DNA of 64,000 nucleotides. Source: Octopus sinensis. Its lineage: Eukaryota. The translations under genes and the position numbers were made by a program. The notes under the pieces were generated by a model. The model was not told where the DNA came from and ran no database searches. It saw only the letters and a program-made list of their open reading frames with translations. The stretch spans positions 159,092,001 to 159,156,000 of the forward strand of contig NC_042999.1 in the NCBI RefSeq assembly GCF_006345805.1, given 5' to 3'. Within the stretch, counting starts at the first letter, position 1. The number at the start of each line of letters is the position of its first letter. Positions 54,480 through 64,000 of this stretch are shown in pieces.

Positions 54480-54750
54480 CAAAATGGATAAACAGTTTTC
54501 CTCAGCAGAAAACAGAATTTCGCGGAAGTATGCTGTTCCTTCATTTTAGCCATTGCAAAAATGGACGGACAGGGGAGAAGCACTGCAAAACAGAGACGCA
54601 ACACGGGGCAGAACGACACAACCCGAAGACACCCGGTCGGGAGACCTATGCCTGAGTGTTGCATCAAGTGACGTCTGGTGGCGGAAGCCTGAACTACAAC
54701 GGGCTTGTGCAACAGAAAACGTTCCCGATTAATTTTGGGCACCTCCACGT
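54480..54750 (-). mobile_element. mariner 5' fragment
   Basis: TIR-like acgtggaggtgcccaaaattaatcggg; MKEQHTSAKFCFLLRKT resembles a mariner N-terminus. Confidence 0.6.
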
Positions 54751-54769
54751 GTGTGTGCGTGTGTGTCTG

Positions 54770-55005
54770 TGTCTGTGTCTGCGTGTGTGTTTCTGTTTGT
54801 GTTTGTTCTCTGTCACAGCTTGACAACCGGTGTTGGTGTGTTTACGTCCCCTTAACTTAGCGGTTCGCCAAAAAGGGAGCGATAGCATAAATACTTGGCT
54901 TACAAAATAAGTCCTGGTTTCTACTTGTTCGACTTGAACCCTTAAAGGTGGTGCCCCAGCATAATCGCAGTCAAATGACTGACACAAGTAATAAAAAAAA
55001 ATGTA
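54770..55005 (+). mobile_element. Same abundant SINE, 3' half
   Basis: Matches the post-microsatellite half of the family. Confidence 0.8.
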
Positions 55006-55236
55006 AGAATATATATATATATAAATAACTGTTGTTACTACTTCAACGTGGTTGTCCCAAATAGAACATTATTACTACTCTTTTTAACCCCAGGAGGACA
55101 TCTCCTCCCGCTGGTTAATGACAGACTATCTTTGTTGGTAATGGTTATAACTGTCTGCTAGTCGTTAGTCCTAGTTTGCAATGTGTAAATAAATAAGTGA
55201 CACAAAACTGCTGATCTTACACAAGCAAAGTAGTTA

Positions 55237-56471
55237 TTAGGTTGTTCCGAAAATAATGGCCACTCTAAGTGTTGTGTTTTATCATAGTATTTTAATTATA
55301 ATTTACGTGAGTTTCGATGTATGTACTTTAATAATTTTCTACTTATTTCAGACAGAAAACATTCTTAACGCATAGAGAGCCTTAATTATGAACATAACAA
55401 AAAAGGAGCTTCGCTTACTTTTCTTACATGAATTCAAGCTTGGGCACAATGCCTCCCAAACTGCTGCCAATATCAACAGATCATGGGGACAGGGATCCAC
55501 AAGATATCGCACCGTACGCAGGTGGTTTCAGAAGTCCCGTAGTGGTGATGAGAGCCTTGAAGATGAAGAACGTAGAGGACAATCAACAATTGAATGCAAT
55601 TGTTGAGCAAAAACCTACGTCAAAATGTCAGAGAATTGTCTCAGGCACTTGGTGTCGGTATTGCAACGGTCTCACGCAATCTGCAGAAGATTGGTAAGGT
55701 GAAAAAGCTCGATAAATGAGTACTGCATGTGCCTAAGGAAAATCAAAAAGTTTGGGGTCTTGAAGTGTGCTCGATGCTCTTTCTGCGAAACATCAATGAT
55801 CCATTCCCCTTTCTTGATCGAATAATCATTTGTGAGGAACAGTGGATCCTTTATGATAACTATAAACGTTCAGGTCAATGATTTTTCCCAAGCATTTCCC
55901 AAAGCCAAAGTTACATAAGCAAAAGATTATGGTGACAGTCTGGTGGCCTGCAATTGGTGTTGTCCATTACAGCTTTCTGGAAGCCAATTACACCATTACA
56001 GCAGAGGTTTACAGCAATCAACTCGCTGAAATGCATGTTCACTTGCATAAAATGAGACCTGCATTGGTGAATCGGCGTGGCCCAATTCTGCTCCGTGATA
56101 ATGCAAAGTCACATGTTGCATGAATGACGCTGCAGAAACTCACAGCCTTAGGGTACGGGCTTTTACCACATCCTCCACATTCTCCTGATCTTTCACCCAC
56201 TGGATACCATTTTTAAAGTATTTAAACAAGTTTTTAAGTGATAAAACTTTCAGGTCAAAAACAGAGGTGGAATCAGTTTTCAAAGATTTATTAGCATTAA
56301 AGCCAATAAATTTTTATCAGCGAGGCATAAATACTTTCGTTGATCGATGGCAAAGATGCATAGATGTTCACGGCTCGTACTTTGACTAATCAAAACATTA
56401 TTTCTATTTTTAATTTTTCCAGGAATAAAATTATTTTTCTGAAATCCGCCATTATTTTCAGAACAACCAAA
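55237..56471 (+). mobile_element. Full-length defective mariner with both TIRs and TA duplication
   Basis: TIRs ttaggttgttccgaaaataatggc / gccattattttcagaacaaccaaa; TA at 55235 and 56472; WFQKSRSGDESLEDE, KIMVTVWW, DNAKSH and HSPDLSP motifs; stops and frameshifts. Confidence 0.93.
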
Positions 56472-56712
56472 TAGCTCTAAAATCTCTAATCGAGATGCAA
56501 GTAGTAACGGTTGTTACCACCTGACGGGGTTGTTGCATACAGAGCGCGTTTACTATTCTTTTTAACTCCAGGAGGACATCTCCTCCAGCTGATTAATGAC
56601 ACACTATATGTGTCCGTTGTACGTGTCCTCATGGGGCTAAAAGGAGTGTTAACAGTGTTCTGTATAGAACAACCCTGTTAAGATAGTAACAACAGTTACT
56701 TCTAAGTAGAGT

Positions 56713-56783
<71 letters not shown>

Positions 56784-56896
56784 GATGGATGTACATTTAT
56801 ATAGATATATATAGTGAGAATTTACAAAAAAAAAGACGAAGACGGGTGTGTAAACAACAAACAGATGTATTAGTTTAAGTGAGAAAGTAAGAAAGT

Positions 56897-56932
56897 CTTT
56901 TACGTTTCGAACCCACGCTCTTCGACAGAAAG
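56897..56932 (-). ncRNA. Minimal hammerhead with CUGUCGA core
   Basis: cttt CTGTCGA a gagc-gtgg-gttc GAAAC GTA aaag; element 56810-56937 lies between TA tracts. Confidence 0.65.
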
Positions 56933-56996
56933 GAACATATATATATGTGTGTGTGTGTATGTATATATATACAATTATATGTATATATGTATACAT

Positions 56997-57029
<33 letters not shown>

Positions 57030-57101
57030 GGCTAAAACAATGCGAACGCATTGTGACCAGCGATGTGTAACAACATCTGATGGTCTGGTCGGTCACGTGA
57101 T

Positions 57102-57202
<101 letters not shown>

Positions 57203-57695
57203 TATGTATATATGAAAAATAATAAGGGTAGAAAATTTAGGTGGCCAGCATGCGTAATAAAGTCAATATACAACATATTTTTCATATAAATTAGTATACG
57301 TTTTTAAACACGAAAGAAGACCTTAACAGGCGACCTTACATACTGGAAAGTGCAGTTAAAGGCCCTCTAAATTTTCGACCCTTATTAGTTTTCACAGTAA
57401 TATTTTCGTAATGTTGAAGAACATTGGTACACAATTTTAACTGTTATTATTATTTGTTATTAGGATTAACGGTTTTTTGAACACATAATATAATATACGT
57501 AATTGCGTTATGTTTTAGTTTTTATGGCATTAAATTCTCTAAATTGAAATGTTCTTCCAGATACGGTACTAATCGTTTATTTGTATGTGTATGCTAAGCA
57601 CATCTCCCTTCCTATATAACTTGAAAACTCTCTTATCCCCCTATAATCAAGCTTTAAATATTTTAACTTCATGAATCTAAAAAGAATTATATATC

Positions 57696-57867
57696 AGGCG
57701 CAGGAGTGGCTGTGTGGTAAGTAGCTTGTTTACCAACCACATGGTTCCGGGTTCAGTCCCACTGCGTGGCATCTTGGGCAAGTGTCTTCTGCTATAGCTC
57801 CGGGCCGACCAATGCCTTGTGAGTGGATTTGGTAGACGGAAACTAAAAGAAGCCTGTCGTATATAGG

Positions 57868-57944
<77 letters not shown>

Positions 57945-58170
57945 TGTGTGTTTGTGTGTCTGTGTTTGTCCCCCTAGCATTGCTTGACAACCGATGCTGG
58001 TGTGTTTACGTCCCCGTCACTTAGCGGTTCGGCAAAAAGAGACCGATAGAATAAGTACTGGGCTTACAAAGAATAAGTCCCGGGGTCGATTTGCTCGACT
58101 AAAGGCGGTGCTCCAGCATGACCGCAGTCAAATGACTGAAACAAGTAAATGAATAAAGAGTAAGAGTAAA
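57696..58170 (+). mobile_element. Same abundant SINE, full length
   Basis: Colinear copy. Confidence 0.9.
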
Positions 58171-58917
58171 CGCAACTTGCATTTTAATCCAGGATTTAAA
58201 GATAAAAATACAACAACCCCTATTAATATTCCTATAGTTTATAAACCCTTTATCTCAATACGTAATCATTACCATGCAACAGAATAAATCTTACTAATAA
58301 TGATAGCCCCAAACTAGCGATACAAACCTATCGCTACTGGTTTCCTATGGGATATATCGCATTTTGTATTATTTCAATAAGTAAGATCGTTTTAAGTTTT
58401 GTGTCACCAATTTGAAGAACGTAAACATTCTTACCATCACTCATAGATATTCTCTCATCCTGTATTATTTCAATGTAGCATATTTTTAAGTTCATTGGCT
58501 GCCTTATTCCCTAAAATAATTTGCACTATTTCTTTGCAATGAGCTTTCACCAACATTTCTCTAATATTATATGCTTTCATTTCCTTAGCAATTTGTTTTA
58601 AAACAAGCTAGCTAGCAGATCCCTTTCTGAACCACTGTTTTTTTCTTGTTTGTTTTTTTCGTGAAAGTAGAACTTGACTTCTTTTTAAGATCTGTTAGAA
58701 ATCTCTTGTAATGAATCTAGTTTTCCATCAAACGAAAATGTTCCTTTGAAAATTTGTGCAGTAATTTGGCCCTACAACCCCATAGTACAGTTCAGTCCAA
58801 AAATATCTTCCCCAAATATCACTTCGCCCACATACCTTTTTAAATGTATTCTATCCAAAATATGATACTATGTTCGGTGGTAGAGCTGTACGAAATTTCT
58901 CTAAAACCTATCTCCTA

Positions 58918-59144
58918 TTTACTCTTTGCTCTTTACTCTTTTACTTGTTTCAGTCATTTGACTGCGGCCATGCTGAAGCACCGCCCTTAGTCGAACAAAT
59001 CGACCTCAGGACTTATTCTTTGTAAGCTTAGAACTTATTCTATCGACCTCTTTTGCCGAGCCGCTAAGTTACGGAGACGTAAACACACCAGTATCGGTTG
59101 TCAAGCGATCCAGGGGATGACAAATACACACACATACACACACA

Positions 59145-59236
<92 letters not shown>

Positions 59237-59410
59237 TACACGACGGTCTTGTTTTCAGATTCCATCTACCAAATCCACTCAAGGCTTTGGTCGGCCCGAG
59301 GCTATAGTAGAAGACACTTGCCCAAGGTGTCACACGGTGGGACTGAACCTGGAACCATTTGGTTGGTAAGCAAGCTACTTGCCACTTACCACACAGCTAC
59401 TCCTGCGCCT
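58918..59410 (-). mobile_element. Same abundant SINE, full length
   Basis: Colinear reverse-complement copy. Confidence 0.9.
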
Positions 59411-60337
59411 ATAGTATTGCTTCCTTTATAAATATGCCTGTGATGGTCATTTTCGTGCATAGCTTGGCCTTGATGTTCAACAAGATCTACAGATAAAAGT
59501 ATTTCCGTTGTAATCATCTCACCTTCCTTTCAAGTAGTATATTTAGTACTTTATTATGAAATGCGTCCTTCTTTTAAAGCAGTTCAATTGATAATGCTGA
59601 CACTCCCCGCTTGAATCTTTCCCTTATATCTGTGTTGCTATAGCTGATATATTTAAGAAAATCACGGAGAGTAAATTTATTGGGGATTTTGCATCTATGA
59701 AGCACTGTCTAAAGCATTAGCTTTTACCTTCACGACTATATCCCAGCCTTAAAACTGTTGGCTTTGCGCTTAAATCATAAGCCGTTGTTTTGTATAACTA
59801 CTGCTGTATATAGCGGGGATATCTTTAATCAAGAAACATTTATTTAAATCGTACCCCACAACAGACACACTATATTTGGGATCACTTTAATCATGATAAT
59901 AATAATAATTTATTTAAACAGCAATACGTTGTTTGAGGACATTTGGTTATCGTTTCCAACATGTTTAGCTATCACATAAATGTTCCATGCTCAGCCCAGT
60001 CACACTGTTTCCCAATTACGAAGTACTTTTTGTGACTAAACAAAATATACAGATTGGCAGGAACTTAACATTTGAGAATTTGATAGAATACATTTTTCCA
60101 TATTTCTAATTTTACATCTATTTTCATTATCCCCTTAAGAATTATATCAATTCGTCTGTAAATTAACAAGAACTTGCTCTGTTCTATATCCGTTTTAATA
60201 TCTATATTAAAATTTAGCTTCTTCGTGTCCAAAATACCAAAGATATTATGAAAGTTTCTTCAAAACAAAATTATAATAAAGTTTTGTCTGTATAGTCTTT
60301 AAAGAAAACTTTTTAAATCCGGTTTATAAATAATAAT

Positions 60338-60742
60338 AGGCACAGGAGTGGCTGTGTGGTAAGTAGCTTGTTTACCAACCACATGGTTCCGGGTTCAGTC
60401 CCACTGCGTGGCATCTTGGGCAAGTGTCTTCTGCTATATCCCCGGGCCGACCAATGCCTTGTGAGTGGATTTGGTAGACGGAAACTGAAAGAAGCCTGCC
60501 GTATATATGTATATATATATATGTGTGTATGTGAGTGTGTTTGTGTGTGTGTGTTTGTCCCCCTAGCATTGCTTGACAACCGATGCTGGTGTTTTTACGT
60601 CCCCGTTACTTAGCGGTTCGGCAAAAAGAGACCGATAGAAAAATACTGGGCTTACAAAAGAATAAGTCCCGGGGTCGATTTGCTCGACTAAAAGCGGTGC
60701 CCCAGCATGGCCGCAGTCAAATGACTGAAACAAGTAAAACAG
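60338..60742 (+). mobile_element. Same abundant SINE, full length
   Basis: Colinear copy. Confidence 0.9.
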
Positions 60743-61214
60743 TAAACAGGAATATCAAAATTTCAAAAATTCTTCACTATTAAAGCTTGTAACAGTGATG
60801 ATTGAGAAGAAAGCTTAAAACTGACTCAATGTTTAAACATCATTTCCTCTGGATAAATTGTAGAAATATTATATGAGATTAAAGACTTAAAAAAAAAAAA
60901 TTTAGACAAGAAAAATTATGACTGTATTTAACGCTATTGTTATTTTAAAAGATATGAAGAAATCAATGAACGATCCTGACCTGGTGAGACCTGACGATGA
61001 ATACAAAAGTCAGGCATACAGCTGCTGTTTTAAGAATCTGAAATTAAAACAAAAATGGCATAGTTTAATATATATTTATTCAAAACTGAATGTTAAGAAA
61101 TAACGAAGCTCATAAAATATTAGTCATTAATATTATTTAGTTTTCCATTGATTAATCTTCAAAATATAAAATAAGGGCATAAGAATCCCGAACAGTGGCA
61201 TGTAACTGAAAATA

Positions 61215-61580
61215 AACAAATATTCAGTGCATATGGCTCGGTCCCACACGTATTACTTATGAGAACTATGTACCGCTTCCACATTCCAGACAAAGTAACC
61301 AAAATAATGAGGATGTTTACACCTGGACATTTTACAACTGATTGGCACCGATTGGAGATTGGCATTGCTGCTGGCTATACAATACCTGCCACGTGGTTTA
61401 TCTTAGTCATGGAGATGATTTTGAAAACCGTGGATTTTTCGGAACAGATCGCCCATGCACAATCGCATAAGAAAGCCTTCAAGGACGGTGTGAAACTTGT
61501 ATCAGGAGATAAGCAAATCATGCAGAGTGCCCTTTTGAGACTGGAACGAGCTTGTGAGGTGGTCAAGGATGCGGTTTAGA
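61215..61580 (+). mobile_element. HERO/NeSL-like RT fragment
   Basis: AYGSVPH..FTTDWHRLEIGIAAGYTIP..FILVMEMI..KAFKDG (normally AFMDD). Confidence 0.75.
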
Positions 61581-63010
61581 GTGTTATACATCTTGCTGAG
61601 CGATTGCTGCAGTAGTGATTTTATACAGCTAGATTTCGCTGCACAGCTGAAACTCCTCTGTTCAGCGATACATTGTGGACATGGAGCTTTACAACTAATA
61701 GTCACTGAACTTCAGCATCATTTTCATCAAACAAGTCTCTGTGTCTGGCATTAGCATATCCCAGTGCTTCGGCAGCACATTGAAGAACCTATACTGGAAA
61801 ATTTTCCCCTATTGTCAATGCTGGACAAGCGAGTCTGAAGCTCTTTCCTCGACACAGCATCACATATCTTGTGGACGTTCAGATGCCGAGGAATATCAAC
61901 TGGCTCTCTTCTCTCTTTCACTCTAATCATCATCCGGAACTTTGCTGGCACCAGACTGTGGCCTGTTCAGCATTCCGATCCGGGAAAGGACTTGACATTA
62001 CAAATGTCATAGATGTCAGGCTTGAGGATGCTGACATAATCCAGCAAGTACCAAACTTTAGACTTTGGATGCATTCACGTTGTTCTGTGATCACCTTTGT
62101 GCATAAAATGAGTGCTTGCGATGTAAAGTTCATGTTCATTGCAAAGCTCCATCAGCATGAGACAATTGCTATTCATTTTCCCTACACCAAAATGTCCTAG
62201 AGAGCTCCATGCTTGTCAGTCTGTTCTAGCCTGGCATAGACCCCCGCAGTAGAATAAATTTATCAGAATTGAGGATTTTCATAATTATGGCTCTCAGCTG
62301 GGTACAAAACATAATTTTATCTTCATCACAACTAGTCAAAGTAGGAGCGTATACACTTATTAGAGTAGCAAACCGTCCACCATCCAGGTGCAATCGCAGA
62401 GCCATTAGACGTTCATTTATAGGAAAAGATAGACCCTCCAACTTCTTAAGGATCGAACTTCAAAGCCAACCCCAACCTCTCTGCACTCCCACTTCTACCT
62501 CTACCACCCTTTCCGTAAAAGGATGCATCCACCTTCTACTTCCTCAAGCTGACCGTTACCTTCTATACGAGTCTCTGAAAGTGCAGCTATATCAATGTTA
62601 TAGCGGTTCAGCTCGTGAGCAACGAGTGCAGTGCGTCTTTGAGGCCTACAATCAATCTTGTTATCCAAGAGTGCGCACGTTCCAACAAGAAATGTTCAAG
62701 TTCCATTCAGATCCATATTCTGAAAGAAAAACGTCTTTCTTTTTCGAGTGCAGAGTGGACATCCGTCAGTCGCGCTAAATTGACCAGGTTTTTGGTTCGC
62801 CTTTTCTCGAACTTCCCCGGCCTCAGGTTGAGCAGTGTCTTCTTCAAATGAAGCTACTCAGACACCCATGCAGCAGCAACCGAATCCTATCGCTGCCTTG
62901 GGCAACAAAGAGACGACTTAATATCTAGCAAGGGCCGCCTATGTGCAGGACGCTGACTACATGCTTCGAACCCGTCAGGTCTGCATGTTTCCCCACTTCC
63001 CATTGCCGCA
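61580..63010 (-). mobile_element. RTE LINE 5' region with APE endonuclease relic
   Basis: ELNRYNIDIAALSETR; INERLMALRL..ATLISVYAPT; MHPKSKVWYLLDY. Confidence 0.9.
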
Positions 63011-63554
63011 GCATTTCCGAATAAAAATGAATAAATATATACTAAAAATAAAGATACATATATGCTGAAAATAAAATAACTATATATCGGGAGAAAAAAA
63101 GCAACTCATATCGCGCAGAGGTTAGCAATGCCTGTGCAGAGTTTTAGGTCCAATAACACTTGCACATAACTTCATAGATCCTCTCCACTCTTCTGACATT
63201 ATCCAGAGACAAGCCAGAGCGAGATGTCTGGTGCCAATATGAGTCGCAGCTCAGGGATGTGGGAGCGCCATGATCTCTAGCACAAACCAAAGATTTCCAA
63301 AATGTCCAATGCCATTCCCAGCATATAAGGTTTTATATTAAAGTGATCTTCTTCTGGAGACATGCTTCAAGAGAGGCTGAATGATGCCTCACTCCCAGTG
63401 ATCTTCTAGCTCCATCTCGGAATTTTTGTGTATCCACACACATACACATACACACACATATATATATATATATATACGTTTACATGCATACACACAATAA
63501 CATACATACATACATACATACATACATACATACATACATACATACATACATACA

Positions 63555-63585
<31 letters not shown>

Positions 63586-64000
63586 CGGCTAGTAGTTCAA
63601 GTATCCGAAAAGAGGATAAAACTGTACAGCAGTAAAACTCAGTAGGTGGTCTGTTATGGTCAAAGAATGGATATTCATTTTGCACCTACAAAAGCCCCTC
63701 AGCGGAATAGACAACTTGTCCGACTCGTTGGCTGGAGGTGCATAAGTCTCTACAACTAGAAATTTGAAAATATTTTGATCAATTAGGATTGTAGGCAAAA
63801 AACCGGAAACGAAATACTACTGTACGACAGTACATCAGATCGAGAAGGAGTTATCAACTTTGGATCGGTCCAAGTTGCGTCTAAAAGGGGTCAGTGTTCA
63901 GCATATGGACGATAATTTTTCCCTAGTCGGCAAAAGGGAAATTTCGATGCTTTAAACGCAAATCTTTTCTCCGGCGTTTTACCTACAAATCATCTTTTTT

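Noticed and set aside
58435-58512. AG...GTAAG-bounded segment as an upstream TMTC exon
   Set aside because: The peptide is not TMTC-like and its phase-1 end does not fit the phase-0 exon at 52621.

Overview
AT-rich, microsatellite-dense eukaryotic DNA. The SINE families suggest an octopus (coleoid cephalopod) genome; this is inferred. One host gene is supported: five phase-compatible minus-strand exons (52550-52621, 52000-52264, 45036-45114, 39609-39716, 17335-17485) of a divergent TMTC-type (O-mannosyltransferase/TPR) gene with very long introns. The rest is mostly transposon debris: tRNA-derived SINEs (one expanded into a 279-bp higher-order tandem array), non-autonomous Helitrons, mariner/Tc1 relics, RTE, CR1, R4/Dong and HERO-like LINE fragments, and Penelope-like element (PLE) RT and GIY-YIG relics. 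The most striking signal is at least 16 type-I hammerhead ribozyme motifs from about 8 distinct families of short non-coding elements. These elements sit in (TA)n tracts and are often head-to-head palindromes or circularly permuted monomers of about 240-570 bp. They show compensatory base changes, unusual catalytic-core variants and a shared 78-79-nt intron-like segment, which fits a PLE-mobilised, retrozyme-like system. Most ORFs in the supplied track are microsatellite artefacts. All homology calls come from motif recognition by eye, not database searches.
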